A DNA stretch of 63,216 nt, counting the filler, from Asterionella formosa (taxonomy: Eukaryota), in assembly GCA_002256025.1 (NCBI GenBank). It is 19 parts of 19 records of this genome, joined end to end, with 100 filler letters (N's around TTAATTAATTAA, not from the genome) between each part and the next. Parts side by side here need not be neighbours in the genome. Positions count along the whole stretch, not along the records: positions 25,618 to 26,861 come from NKIB01003449.1; positions 26,962 to 28,205 come from NKIB01003450.1; positions 28,306 to 29,549 come from NKIB01003451.1; positions 29,650 to 30,893 come from NKIB01003452.1; positions 30,994 to 32,237 come from NKIB01003453.1; positions 32,338 to 52,471 come from NKIB01003454.1; 13 more parts are not named here. One strand, 5' to 3'. Every line of letters begins with the position of its first letter. The stretch's first letter is position 1. This document shows positions 25,618 to 39,146 of this stretch, in pieces. The position numbers were made by a program, and so were the translations under genes. The notes under the pieces were generated by a model, which saw nothing but the letters and a program-made list of their open reading frames with translations, made no database searches and was not told the origin of the DNA.

Positions 25618-28205
25618 ATAAACAAATTTGGGAAGAGAACCTTGTTAATAATGGGTTGTATGAACAATTACAAGATAGATCAACTAAATTCACAATAAGG
25701 TGGAATTAGAACAGAACAAGGTTTTAGTACACTGAGCTTGTCTAGAAAGGCAGGCAGTAGTACTAGCATTGCAGTCAGACTGCAGAAGAATTGAACACAC
25801 TTGCAAGCGGATCAAATGCCTGATGGTGCTGAACTTTCTCTTAAAGCTCATGCGGCCATTACGTCTGCAAATAAAAAGGATCATGCACATAGGATCAAGG
25901 TTATCGTACGCTAAGTGGCACAGGATTTTCGTATATATGATAATTTTTGGATCAAAAATATTATCAAGGTATCTTGTAACTATGATGATTTATTAATATT
26001 TTACCGACCTTGAAGTATAATGATAATAAGAACATTATCATCACACAATGTATATAAACTGATCAACAACATTTCCCATCAATATCATAAACCTTCTCAT
26101 TTTATTTTCACTTCTCGTGATCGCCCGATGTAAATTATAACTACAACATATCCTAAAACCAGCGCAACTCTATGCTATCATGTGAATTGTTTCATCGTAA
26201 ATCTATCGTAAACATGATCATAATTCTAATCACAAGCATTGTTCAAAATAGATTGAAATGGATCGTAATTTAACTATCAAATTAAGCAATGCTATCTAAT
26301 AATCTACATGCCAGCGACCCAACGTTTCTCTCTCTACTCGGCTCAATGTATATTGTTCCTGTCTGGCCCTTTTCTTCCTCTTTTCTGAATCTTGTGCCAA
26401 GCAATGCCTTACTAATGTTGTGTCTCTCTCCCTGCTGTTAGTGTCATTGTGAAATCGCCGGCTATTCCGTTTGATCGGTTTTATTTTCCTATGCATGCAG
26501 TTACAGTAACAATGAGAAGGAATGATTTGTTAGCTAGTCATGTTACATTGACACAAGAACACGCAATTCCATCGTATCCTCTTGCTTCACTTACCACAAA
26601 TCAATGCAACTGAGGATGCATAAGTCTGTAATAGTAACTTGTCAGCAAATTCTTGAACAAGTAAGTTTCGGGTATCCAATGTTGTCGAATAAAACTTACT
26701 GGTTCATTTTTGTCATCTTAACTTTGAGAGAAGGTAAACGTTTTGTTAGTTTTGTTCCAACAGAAGTGAATAGGTCCAACGAGCGACAAGAGCACTTACG
26801 CAATTTGGTTTTGTTTTACATTGGTGCTCCCCAACAAGCGAAACGAGCTGTTGAATCAACTNNNNNNNNNNNNNNNNNNNNNNNNNNNNNNNNNNNNNNN
26901 NNNNNTTAATTAATTAANNNNNNNNNNNNNNNNNNNNNNNNNNNNNNNNNNNNNNNNNNNNATAAACAAATTTGGGAAGAGAACCTTGTTAATAATGGGT
27001 TGTATGAACAATTACAAGATAGATCAACTAAATTCACAATAAGGTGGAATTAGAACAGAACAAGGTTTTAGTACACTGAGCTTGTCTAAAAAGGCAGGCA
27101 GTAGTACTAGCATTGCAGTCAGACTGCAGAAGAATTGAACACACTTGCAGGCGGATCAAATGCCTGATGGTGCTGAACTTTCTCCCAAAGCTCACGTGGC
27201 CATTACGTCTGCAAATAAAAAGTATCATGCACATATGATCAAGGTTATCGTACGCTAAGTGGCACAGGATTTTCGTATATATGATAATTTTTGGATCAAA
27301 AATATGATCAAGGTATCTTGTAACTATGATGATTTATTAATATTTTACCGACCTTGAAGTATAATGATAATAAGAACATTATCATCTCACAATGTATATA
27401 AACTGATCAACAACATTTCCCATCAATATCATAAACCTTCTCATTTTATTTTCACTTCTCGTGATCGCCCGATGTAAATTATAACTACAACATATCCTAA
27501 AACCAGCGCAACTCTATGCTATCATGTGAATTGTTTCATCGTAAATCTATCGTAAACATGATCATAATTCTAATCAAAAGCATTGTTCAAAATAGATTGA
27601 AATGGATCGTAATTTAACTATCAAATTAAGCAATGCTATCTAATAATCTACATGCCAGCGACCCAACGTTTCTCTCTCTACTCGGCTCAATGTATATTGT
27701 TCCTGTCCTTCCCTTTTCTTCCTCTTTTCTTAATCTTGTGCCAAGCAATGCCTTACTAATGTTGTGTCTCTCTCCCTGCTGTTAGTGTCATTGTGAAATC
27801 GCCGGCTATTCCGTTTGATCGGTTTTATTTTCCTATGCATGCAGTTACAGTAACAATGAGAAGGAATGATTTGTTAGCTAGTCATGTTACATTGACACAA
27901 GAACACGCAATTCCATCGTATCCTCTTGCTTCACTTACCACAAATCAATGCAACTGAGGATGCATAAGTCTGTAATAGTAACTTGTCAGCAAATTCTTGA
28001 ACAAGTAAGTTTCGGGTATCCAATGTTGTCGAATAAAACTTACTGGTTCATTTTTGTCATCTTAACTTTGAGAGAAGGTAAACGTTTTGTTAGTTTTGTT
28101 CCAACAGAAGTGAATAGGTCCAACGAGCGACAAGAGCACTTACGCAATTTGGTTTTGTTTTACATTGGTGCTCCCCAACAAGCGAAACGAGCTGTTGAAT
28201 CAACT
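25618..28205. repeat. Two near-identical 1244-bp contigs (25618-26861, 26962-28205) of the same repeat family
   Basis: Same length and ends, differ only by scattered substitutions. Confidence 0.95.
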
Positions 28206-28574
28206 NNNNNNNNNNNNNNNNNNNNNNNNNNNNNNNNNNNNNNNNNNNNTTAATTAATTAANNNNNNNNNNNNNNNNNNNNNNNNNNNNNNNNNNNNNNN
28301 NNNNNAGTAGTGTTCGGAGAAATATGATGCAGTTTGAAGGAGAAATGGAAGAGATCTAACCGTAACACATATACCTAGCTGTTAGTAAATGATAACTAAT
28401 TTCGTATCTATGAAACAATGCATTTGCAGAGGCTGTTATTTCTATATATCTCCAACGTCTGCGCGTCCTGCCAATATCTACTCATTACCTCAATCGTTTC
28501 GACTGGTGGCATCGAGTAAAACATTTGCGAGAACGAATGGATCGATGGGATATTGATCACAAACAGGAAGAAAC

Positions 28575-28884
28575 ATTCATGACAACCATGTCAGATCCGT
28601 TCCATTGCAAATCTTCCTTCAATAGGTCAAACTCGTCATCCTTGAGCTTGCCTTCCAGTGGCATAGTAGGACTGAAGCGCGTCCAGAAAGATACGCTCCT
28701 TTTCGGCTACTGTGAGACGAATGAGTTCCCCACTTTCCGGATCGACGACACAGTATTCCTCGTCAGGAATGCATTCTTCTTCCTGCAAGTTAGTCTCAAA
28801 GAATCGTCCAGACTTGGCGTCGTAAGCATTTTCTCTCGTTCCGCTCGTAATGGTGATCTTTTCGTCGCTTCCTTCTTCGGCCAT
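28575..28884 (-). pseudogene. PGRL1: PGRL1 fragment with a 2-bp frameshift
   Basis: MAEEG..CIPDEEYC..FLDALQSYYATGRQ, then AGGCAAGCTC instead of AGGCAAATGCTC, continuing LKDDEFDLLKEDLQWNGSDMVVMN in another frame. Confidence 0.8.
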
Positions 28885-30993
28885 ATGATGTACCGGTACA
28901 CATGAAGAGCTCCCGACCAAAAAAGGGGCTTAAACAATTTGCTACGAAAACACTGGCGGCTATTTAACGGTCTAAATAATTAGTTTCAATGGACGTAGAA
29001 AATATCGATGCAAACAAATTTCAGAAACAATTCCGGTACACGTAGTCGTGGAAAACAATGGACATATAGTGCATTGAGTATTTTCGAATTATGTATATGC
29101 GAGTATGATCATCTCAACCATATCAGATGTTCCATATCGAGAGCGCGTTTGAATTTTATAAATGTATAACACTTTATATATATATATATTTACAAATTTT
29201 ATTTCTATATGCATGGCATATATATTTTTGAAATCGTTCTGTCATGTTAACAAACAATGCCTGCTGCTTCATGAAAAGATACGTCGTAGTAAAGCACATT
29301 AAAAGAAAAGAAAATTTTCGCAATACATAACGAAAAACATTGTGACTTCGACACATTGCGCATTCGAAGGATGAAGAATGTTTAAGGTATTGAAGCCATC
29401 AATGTGGTAGCTACTTGGATGACAATCGTTGGGAGACAGGCAGCACAACAACAAATTGTTAACTAAACGCAGCCACATTTCCTTTTTTCTCAGTTGATTA
29501 AACAGCTCGTTTCGCTTGTTGGGGAGCACCAATGTAAAACGAAACCAAANNNNNNNNNNNNNNNNNNNNNNNNNNNNNNNNNNNNNNNNNNNNTTAATTA
29601 ATTAANNNNNNNNNNNNNNNNNNNNNNNNNNNNNNNNNNNNNNNNNNNNAAATGATTTATTTCAAGCAATGGAACTTCCATTGCTTGAAATAATTGACTC
29701 TGTTCAGAAAAGGTCTCATTCTGGACTTATTCAGTTTCCAATCCAATTTTTTTCTTCCAAATGAAAATCAAAAGTTTAATAAACTTCAAATGATTTGTTT
29801 TTATCTTATTCCTTCCTTGTTTTATGCCTACTGTACATATTTTCTAAATCCCTGGTACTATAATAAGTGCAAAACAGCATAAACTTGTTGTTGAACCTCC
29901 ATAATAAGATAAACCTCCCTAAAGGATTCAAAAAGGTCATACTTACAGGAGCAAACAGGGTGTGCCTTGTTTATAGGGAGATTACACTGTCAATGAAACC
30001 TGCTGACATCATCAATACCTCACCCTTCTATTTCATCACTACTTTTACATTTCACATCATGATCAGGTTCGAGATTCATACATACACATACATGCATGTA
30101 ATGAAGCAACGATTGGCTGAAGCAGAAATATTTCGAAATTTATCTTTGATAGACATATATATATATATATATATATATGGATAGTACGGTAGAATATGAG
30201 AACTCCAGTTATATTCTCTGCTGACATCATCGATAGTACGTCATTCCTCATCTCTGACGTCTATAGGTTCTCTATTTAACAGATACTAGAGTCTACCTGT
30301 ATACTGTATACAACGATTGAAGTGACATACCGGTAGTCGACTAGTGACTTCATCAATTCAAGACGATGTATATCCTATATTTCTTGGACACTTTGTACGA
30401 CTGTTATACTAAACAGGTGAGTTTTTCTTGACAAAAATAAGGACAGTATGGTGGGACCAGAATTTACCTACTACCTGGTACCAGTACCGTAGCTTTGTCC
30501 TTTGGGCGGGTCGGGGCCAGGGCAATGAATAATATTGTACCTTTCTTAACACAAACTTCCTTGCTTTCGTATATTTGGTGTGCTTACGTGGCAGCAGTTA
30601 AGTAAACTGGTGGTTGCATGCTTGCTGACATCATCCTTCTATTTTCACATCATTTGTCCAATTCTCCTCAGGTACCAGCGACCAGTACCTGGTACCAGGT
30701 CCTGTTTAAGAGATTCCTACCTGGTATAACTTGTACGACGAACAAGTGACGCAGAACCTTATCATGATTAATTCTACTACCTGGTACCAGGTACCGTACC
30801 GGTGGATATACCGGTACGTAATTTCAAACATGAGAACACGCTGACAGCATCCATACGTCACCCTTCTGTTTTCAATTCACTACCTTGTAACATNNNNNNN
30901 NNNNNNNNNNNNNNNNNNNNNNNNNNNNNNNNNNNNNTTAATTAATTAANNNNNNNNNNNNNNNNNNNNNNNNNNNNNNNNNNNNNNNNNNNN

Positions 30994-31965
30994 TTGGAGA
31001 ATTGTTGGGATGTCTGGTTGCATAAGGCAATGATGAAAGGTCATGAAGATGATACTACTCCTGCACCAAAATACGTTTATACCGGTTCTGGAGGACAGGG
31101 AAAGAGATATGGGGACTGGGACGCAAAGGGATATGCCAGGTTCAACAGCCTGTATGACATAGTTGTTCATCAAAGGACAACTGCCATGAGCAGGCAGTTG
31201 GAGATCAGCTTTAAGTCGAATCTTCTTGCTTATTTTGGCTGGATTTCCACAAGGTAAGTCACTTTGGGGAATTGAACAAAGTGGAATTGCTGAACTGATG
31301 TTCATGGAAAATATTTACTAACTGATGGAAATTTTCATTGAAGTTACGCCAGGGAACAACAGTATGCCTGCCATTAGAGTTCGTAATGATCTAGTGGCCA
31401 TTTCTCTTCCAGTAACCACAACTCCGGCATCTTCCATCAGTGGATTGACTCCACAAGTTAATTCAGCAAGAACTTCAACGATAACAACTGGTAGTACTAA
31501 GAGTGCAAAGAGTTCAAAGAGTTTGAACGTGATTATTCACTTTCCCCCAGACCAAGTCAAGGATGCCGCAGATTGGTACTTCCAAGAGATGAAGAAAAAG
31601 GTGTATGTGGAGCTTCGGATGAAGAAAAAGAGTGAAATTTATAAGGCTTGTATTGATCAGAACATTGCACCCCTAGAACGTTTTGGAGGTGAAATTAAAG
31701 AAGGATGATGAATGATGAGAGCAGCATTAAAAAGTTCGAGGATGTTGCAGCAAAGGGCGAGAGGAAATACAAAGTGGCTAAGAAGAAGATCTACGCAAAG
31801 TTGCACAGGGACTTTTACAGGTTCAAGAAAAGCAAAATAAACGAAGAATCAGTGGAGACGACAGATGAAAGAATCAAGGTGGCAAATGAAACTAGGAGTG
31901 CAAATGAGTATTTCAAACGGTCAATGAAAGATGTTGCAAGACAATTGAACTTCACTCCAATTTAG
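30994..31965 (+). other. Fragmented ORFs of unknown function, probably repeat- or transposon-associated
   Basis: Three consecutive + strand ORFs on a short AT-rich contig; no catalytic motif recognised. Confidence 0.3.
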
Positions 31966-32529
31966 TGAAAATGAATTTCAATTTTGACGAATTGACCATT
32001 GTCAAAGGGAAAATGAAGTAGGAACCAAAATTATTAATAATATTACTGATTTACTAATTCAATCGTTGACAGCTACTCATTCTTTGCTTGATTTTGACTT
32101 ACTAGCTACTAGTTTGGCGACATGCATTGAATGTTATAATATGCAACAGCTGTTTCTAAACATATTTACGAATTCAATCGTTGACAGCTGCTCCTCCTCT
32201 GCTTTTTTTCTATATTGTACTTGTTAGAGCGAGTTACNNNNNNNNNNNNNNNNNNNNNNNNNNNNNNNNNNNNNNNNNNNNTTAATTAATTAANNNNNNN
32301 NNNNNNNNNNNNNNNNNNNNNNNNNNNNNNNNNNNNNTAGTCTTTGATCAAAGGAATCACAGGAACCCTTGAATACATTGCCATGTTTGTTGTCTTCTAA
32401 TTCGACTCTTTTTGAATTCAAAGTGAAGTATCTAACTAGAAGTAGTAGTATTTGTTGAATATATGAGCTTATTAATTAATCCTTATGTATAACTCATTTC
32501 CTGAACTGACATCAAAGTATAGAATGGGT

Positions 32530-32620
32530 GTTAGTCGAGTTCTCTCATTATTGAATTCCGATATATTTGACATAACCCCAACTCTATATATATCTGTATC
32601 GATGTGCAGGATTGCTCACC
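32530..32620. repeat. Dispersed ~90-bp repeat, second copy at ~60695-60788
   Basis: GTTAGTCGAGTTCTCTCATTATTGA...GCTCACC in both contigs. Confidence 0.8.
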
Positions 32621-32804
32621 ACCTACCACCTCGTCCATATACCGTAAACCACAAAAAGCTTTGATTTATTTTGGTACTGCCAGGGAACCTGGAATCTGGA
32701 CAATATCAGGGGGTTGCGGTACAAGACTCACGGGTTTGACTATAAAGAGAACTGAGCTAAATTGCTCTCTTCCGGCAACTTGGAGAAATAAGAATAGGGT
32801 ATGA

Positions 32805-32906
32805 GGTACCTGCAAGTTGCAGTAATTTGCTGAAACTAAAGATTTAGCTTTCTTTATCCCATATAAAATTGTTTTTTTCAGCAAAATGACCGTAACTTGC
32901 TGATAC
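32805..32906. mobile_element. MITE-like element with ~30-bp imperfect terminal inverted repeats
   Basis: GTACCTGCAAGTTGCAGTAATTTGCTGAAA pairs with TTTCAGCAAAATGACCGTAACTTGCTGATAC; second copy at 43243. Confidence 0.65.
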
Positions 32907-33067
32907 ATACCATGTGCAATGTGACCAACGGTTTTGTTTTCAAACGGCTATTCTTGTCGAAATAAATATACCGGTATAACGGGAGACCACTTTGACAAGG
33001 CAGTGAGTGAAAAGTACCTTCACAATTTCGCGCAAAAAAGAAAGGTCGCACAAAGCAACTCCTCATC

Positions 33068-34209
33068 ATGTCGTCGTCTACTTTGCCGTTCAGTTTGTCC
33101 CTCCTTTCTAATGAAATCCTTGGTGACAAGTTTGCAACAAGAAGACCGCTAGGAGATCTCAGCGTCAACACAACTCCTGCAAAGGTAAGCGAACATGCAC
33201 GATGATGATTGGCACAGTGTCGCGGTGCGCCTGCTACACCCATCAGGATCCTGCAACGACCAGTAACGACGGTTTTCGGAAATTTCTCGTTTGACTCAAA
33301 TTCGATTCTTTTGCACATATTACTGACTGTAGAATATATGGTTGGGGTTCAAATTTCTTTTGTCACAATGAATGTTTGGGCGGAGCATGTTCGCATCAAT
33401 TCAAAGCATTCAGATATTCGGCTGCGTATACTTTTGAATATTCAAGTTCCTGAGTATCGGAAAAATACCGTTTTCGTTGTCGTTTTTTCGTACGAGAGAC
33501 CTACAGGGTATTCCCGGATCGCGCTCGCCAATCACGATGAATTTTGTTGAAGCGAGGAGAAGTCGTATGTGACGATTCCTTTCCACGACAAGTATCGACA
33601 ACTCCAGTTTGCACGACAGGAGTATAAATTCATGATAAATAGCCTATCAGTGATTTGTTTCACTTCACACACAATTCATTTGAACAATCAAAACGACTCA
33701 CTTCTACATCATTTCTCCTTCTCAATTTAATTACCATGACTGCCACACCTCGTATCCTCGGTTGCGCGATGAACCGAAATAATTCTGCTTACCACCGAAC
33801 AAACATATTTCAGCCGGGCAAAAGCAAAATGACACCCTCCACCAACACCGCTCCGATCCAATCTATCAGGAGCTCGTCCTGCGAGACTTGCGATGCGAGA
33901 GAACGAACCAAGAAACCCTTAGATAAGGAGCAAGAAATTTCGTCCATCTTTCGCTCAAGCCCCGTTGTTGACGAGGAAGAAGACTCTGATTCTGACGATC
34001 TTATGGCTTTGAAGCGAGCAACTCCAGTGTTCGATGTCGACGATGAGTCACCATTTAAGCGCTTGAGACGAACATCCTCTTTTGATGAAGAAGACGAGAG
34101 AGATGAATCAGATGAAGTAAGAGTCATGTCCAATATGCTGTCCTGGAGTGATGTCCTAGTAGAAGGGGACAACGGATATTCCGTTGCTTCAATCATGCGT
34201 GCTCGTTGA
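33068..34209 (+). CDS. Unknown disordered acidic protein; proposed exons 33068-33184 and 33814-34209, with an N-terminal D-box-like motif
   Basis: ATG exon ending AAG/GTAAGC; phase-0 TTTCAG acceptor at 33813 enters the open ORF; splice model is inferred. Confidence 0.45.
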
Positions 34210-35355
34210 GCATTCACAGCGGGACAATCAATGAACTATTATTGTAAACAATGGCCCGAATATACACACGTTACAAATTTTTATCATAATATATAAAAAT
34301 GCATCCAAAGCTCAGTTCTTTGATTGAAATAGTAGCGCCATGACGAGATAGATTGTTGAGGTTTTATAACTTCATGGTTCTCAGTCGACGGGTGGCACAG
34401 GGGACACGTAGAGGGTTGTCGTACTGGTTCAAGGCATCGCCCCTAAAATTGTTTCCATCCATCGAAACAGGCGGACCTGAGCTCCATCGACCCACTCATA
34501 CTCTCATCAGAATTCCAGGAGTTAAAAGCAATTTCAATGGTCAATGGACTCCAGCCAGCCATACTACCTTCTGTGCAAGCGTGTACCCTGTAATTCTAAC
34601 GTGAGCTGGGGTGGAAATAATTGCCAGTCCATTGGATTTTTGTCAATATAATATGAATATAGAAAACTATTTCTGGCTAAGATATTTGAAATGATGTCCA
34701 TGAAGGAATTCTTGCAATTAACAAGATTGGGAGGAAATTTTTTAGAGAGGCCTGCTGTGTCAAGGAGGGAGCCTGTGGTGGCCTCCAGTTTGATCTTCCC
34801 AGTTGGTTGAATTGCGATTTACAACTTCAACAAACAATAAGTAATTCCGATTCAACAGCCTGATGGAAATTTCTGCCTGTGACAGGGTTGACACAGGCAT
34901 TGGTGCTGTCACTATATTTGTTTTACTTCATGTATCTGCTTGTTTCATCTTTTCCTTCCCAATCTATGGTGACATATACCTACACCACGGTGTGTATTGT
35001 GTAAGTTGCTACATACAGTTAGAGAAAGGGGCAATCTTAACAGAGATATAATATAATTCTTATTTCATCGTTAAAAAATCTTTGCAGAGAGATATTTCAC
35101 AAATATATCTCAGTAACGGCAAAACAGTCAGCCATTTTCTTTGTGTCTTTCCTAACATGTGCATCACCCCAGACTAAAAAAATCAGCGAAGTTATAGAGA
35201 TGTGGTACAACCACTCCTGCTGCACATCATCACCGCCTTCCACCTGCATCCAGAGTGGCCTGTCAAGACTACTGATGCTTATGCATGTGGTCGCAACTAC
35301 TACACTCATGCCTCGGCTCCTGAACAAGTCAAATATGAAGAGGCCGAGGAGTGAC

Positions 35356-35775
35356 TTATTGGTCTATGATGTTATGGACCAAAACTCATTCAACCATGTC
35401 CAGATATGGTTGAAGGAAGTTGAAGAGAATGCCGAAAAGGATTGCTTAATCATGTTGGTTGGAAATAAGGCTGTTTTGAATGACCGGCAAACCGTATTTG
35501 TGAGAGACAGGCAATCCTTTGCTCGCAAGAATGGCCTTATGTTCATCGAGATGTCAGCCTTGAACTCCACTGGAGTTGACACAGCTTTTCAAAGAATTCT
35601 CCAGGAAACTTACAAAAACACAAATCAAAAGGAAATAAAGTCAGTGAACGTGAAGGGCGAGGAATTGGAATATGGTGTGGGGGGACAATTTCAAGCTGGC
35701 CGTGTTCAAGCAATTTCATTATCTGCAGCAGAGCCTGATAAAATTCGAGCACAAAAGGAAGGATGCTGTGGCTAG
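35356..35775 (+). pseudogene. 5'-truncated Rab GTPase (Rab11-like) pseudogene
   Basis: LLVYD..SF..W.KE..IMLVGNK..FIE.SAL..VDTAF, C-terminal GCCG prenylation motif; lacks G1-G3; NKxD reads NKAV, ETSA reads EMSA. Confidence 0.82.
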
Positions 35776-36142
35776 ATTTGCCACACTAATCAGGATTTTT
35801 ATTGTATGCAAAGAATTCATATGATGCCAAGTGTTGTCTGCGTTTGTGTACCGCAATTTCGGAATGATAAGAATGCCCTACAGTACATATATAGAAATGG
35901 AGGACTCGCTTGTGCGTCATCACCCATTTCGAGCTAAACAGGAATGGGCGTTGGTAGCAAGTTTGATGAAACATGCATGTTTCGCTTCTTCTGCAGAATG
36001 AGAATCGCCCCCTTATTCAGTCACGCTGGGTATTCGTCTTAACTGACAAGATGCTCATAATCAAATTTATATGATCTGAAAAAGGTTGTTCAAACTGACA
36101 TACTTTTAATTGCTATCACAGCGAACGAGAAAGAATCGAATC

Positions 36143-38344
36143 ATGTTCGGAATGCATGACGGCAGAGATGACGGAAACTTTGATGGACTCCAAACTATGG
36201 GCATCTTGAATGCTCTCAAGACTGGAGATGTTCGTGTCGATATGGCTCTGGCTATGTGCATTCCTATTGTATTGCGACTACTTTTTTCCATGATATCTCG
36301 TATCGACAAGGTCTTTGTCATCGATGGTTGGAAGAAACTATTGCGATGGCGTCAACATCCCCACGAGCGCTTCATCGTTCACCGTTCCACTTTTAATTCC
36401 TGGGGAGGTACGACCAACTTAGACGAGGATACACAAAATGCTGTTCTAATCAAGGCCATTCACCTTTATATTCACCATAAGTCAAACCTCAATCTCAAGT
36501 CTGCTAACTTGGACTTGACCACAATGGACAGCAAGGCCAACAGCGCCTACTACGGAGGATATGACGACGACGAAGACTCTTCATCACAAAAAACTGTGGC
36601 TGGTATGCTCGACAAGTACAAAATTATCAAGAAACCTCCTCATTTCCAGTGGCACCAAGTAGGTATGTATGGTTTTCCAGCTGCCGCAGTACGATTGAAG
36701 ATTATTGACGAGGAAGATGAAGGAGAAAACAGCAACGAGGGACGGAATCGACCAGGCAAGCGTACAGTTACCCTTCATGTTGCATCAAACCGAGCTGAGT
36801 CGAATGATGCATTTATAGATGGCGCATACAAATGGTATATCGACCAACTCAAGCAAATGGAAGACAACTCACGTTATCTCTACGAACTCAAATCCCTTGG
36901 TTCGAGCACAGAATGCTCTGCAGGTGATGGCGGTGATGGCGGAGCTCCCTCGACAGCATGTGTATACGTACGTTACAAGCTCAGCGATGAGAAAACGTTC
37001 GACTCTCTCTTTTTCCGTCAAAAGGAGATTTTGTTGAACTTGGTCTCTCATTTCATCAAGAAGTCAGGCAAGTATGGAATCAAGGGTTACCCTCACAAAC
37101 TTGGGCTGCTCTTGCACGGGAAACCAGGAACCGGGAAAACTAGTCTTATCAAGGCTCTTGCTCAGCACACCGGTCGATCCATCGTTAATGTATCTTTATC
37201 CAAGATATCAACCAACTCGGAGCTCATGTCGGTGTTCTTCGACAATAAGTACTATATCCAAGGAGAGAATATTCCAGTTAAGATGGGTTTCAAAGATGTC
37301 ATTTTTGTCATGGAAGATATTGATGCAGCCAGTAAAGTTGTCAGACGTCGAGTTGGGAAGAAATCAGATGAATTTACTTCATTCGCTCCATCTGAGCTTC
37401 CAACCCCAAAATCTATGTGGCGAATGCTGTTGGAATCCACGGACAGTGACTGTCAAGCGTTGGTAAAAGATTTGATGGAATTGAGCGACCGTCTCAGGGA
37501 AGAAGCGACCAAGGCTGAAGTGTTGATGGCACTTTCCCAGAGAATGATGGTCTTACCGGGTCTAGGGTTCGTCGGCGAAGGCGGTGGTGATGTCACTAGT
37601 CGAATCGGCGATGATGCATGTCAATCTGCAAATAACATGATGGATTCCTATTCGATCGTAGATCGATTTGTTGGCACGCATGCTCGTGCTATCAAAGCCA
37701 TTTTGGATTCGGGTGCCACTGTTGACGACGACTTTGTCGCTACCTTGCTTGGAATATCTCCAAACACACTGGTTCCCTTCAAGGCATCAAGCGGCGCTGT
37801 GCAATTCCCTGCCCCAGAGGAGACCCCAGTAGTCAGCGACGAAATCATGATGCTCGATATGCCGAAAGAGTTAATGGACTTTTCTCCAAGAATAGGAGGA
37901 GCAAAGACAGATGCAGTAATGGGGCCTTCCGCTATGGGAAGCTTGTGGAAAGCCAGCAAGGATCAATTGAACTTGTCTGGCCTTCTCAATGTCTTAGACG
38001 GAATTGTTGATACCCCGGGAAGAATTGTTATCATGACAACAAATCACCCTGAGATGCTTGATCCAGCCTTGATTCGTCCTGGAAGAATAGACAAGAAAAT
38101 TTTGCTGGGCTACATGGCACCCGACGATGTTATTAGCATGCTAGAGCACTACTTTCAAGTGAAGCTCAGTCAACATCAAAAGAATCGCATCAATCGTGCT
38201 ATGCGAGCCCCGATTCAATTGACTCCAGCTGAAATCGAACAATTAACTGCTGAAAATGACGAGATTGAAGACATGCTTTCAGTCTTGGAAGCGAAAGCTT
38301 CTGTGCCAGAGCGAATTCGGAAAATTTCAGATGACTTATTTTAA
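36143..38344 (+). CDS. BCS1-like AAA+ ATPase
   Basis: [14 protein letters not shown] (Walker A), FVMEDID (Walker B), [31 protein letters not shown]-terminal hydrophobic segment. Confidence 0.88.
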   Translation: MFGMHDGRDDGNFDGLQTMGILNALKTGDVRVDMALAMCIPIVLRLLFSMISRIDKVFVIDGWKKLLRWRQHPHERFIVHRSTFNSWGGTTNLDEDTQNAVLIKAIHLYIHHKSNLNLKSANLDLTTMDSKANSAYYGGYDDDEDSSSQKTVAGMLDKYKIIKKPPHFQWHQVGMYGFPAAAVRLKIIDEEDEGENSNEGRNRPGKRTVTLHVASNRAESNDAFIDGAYKWYIDQLKQMEDNSRYLYELKSLGSSTECSAGDGGDGGAPSTACVYVRYKLSDEKTFDSLFFRQKEILLNLVSHFIKKSGKYGIKGYPHKLGLLLHGKPGTGKTSLIKALAQHTGRSIVNVSLSKISTNSELMSVFFDNKYYIQGENIPVKMGFKDVIFVMEDIDAASKVVRRRVGKKSDEFTSFAPSELPTPKSMWRMLLESTDSDCQALVKDLMELSDRLREEATKAEVLMALSQRMMVLPGLGFVGEGGGDVTSRIGDDACQSANNMMDSYSIVDRFVGTHARAIKAILDSGATVDDDFVATLLGISPNTLVPFKASSGAVQFPAPEETPVVSDEIMMLDMPKELMDFSPRIGGAKTDAVMGPSAMGSLWKASKDQLNLSGLLNVLDGIVDTPGRIVIMTTNHPEMLDPALIRPGRIDKKILLGYMAPDDVISMLEHYFQVKLSQHQKNRINRAMRAPIQLTPAEIEQLTAENDEIEDMLSVLEAKASVPERIRKISDDLF

Positions 38345-39146
38345 GTACCAGTACTCGTTGGTAACAATGCAAACAAGGCAAATATTGTGGCTCCTTGGTG
38401 TTATCCTCTGCGGCCATTCGTAGCAGGCTTTGCAAAGTAATCCAAGCTAGTTCTCGTCATCTTTTCGCTCTACAGTTTTTGGCCGTCCACACTGTCTACC
38501 CATTCATACAGGATCAATCATTATTTCTCCTCGAAAGTAATTAGGTAACAAGGAAAGAACAAGAATGCTTATAGAACAACAACGAATTCTCTATACCCCA
38601 GAGTTTTTTTGTGCGGAGTATAGCTAGATTTTCATTGAAAATGAGACTCTTTTTCTTTTCCTTCGTACACTTTTTGCGCGCTCGAAAAATATCTCCACGG
38701 AAGAAAGCTGCGGCAATGGGAGCTGTACATAGAATTCGAATAATAGTCGCCACTTTCGAACCAATTGGAACTATACTATTGAAGGCAATATTTTTTGCCG
38801 GGACACCAACAGTTGATTCAGACAGATAACGTTAAGGATCTCGTATCATTTTGTTTGTTCACCAACAAAATCGATCACAATTACCTGCTCGTCCAAAGGA
38901 ACAGTCAACGGCTCATTTAAACTTTAATGAGGACTGAGAATGAGCTTGGGACTCTGGAACACCGTTCTGTAAGCTCGCACAGGTACAGCCAGCAAGTCAA
39001 GTCCTTCATGTACGTAGTCAATATGTCGGGTCTCCACAGTGCATCGAAAAATCAAACCCGAAGCTCATAATGACGAGGGGCGGAAGTGACATGCAATGCC
39101 CAATAAAACGTGAGTTACTCTTACATATCAAGTGGTCCTGCTTGCA

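Noticed and set aside
25618..28205. Apparent tandem duplication of 1.24 kb
   Set aside because: Two separate contigs with the same ends; an assembly bubble of alleles or repeat copies
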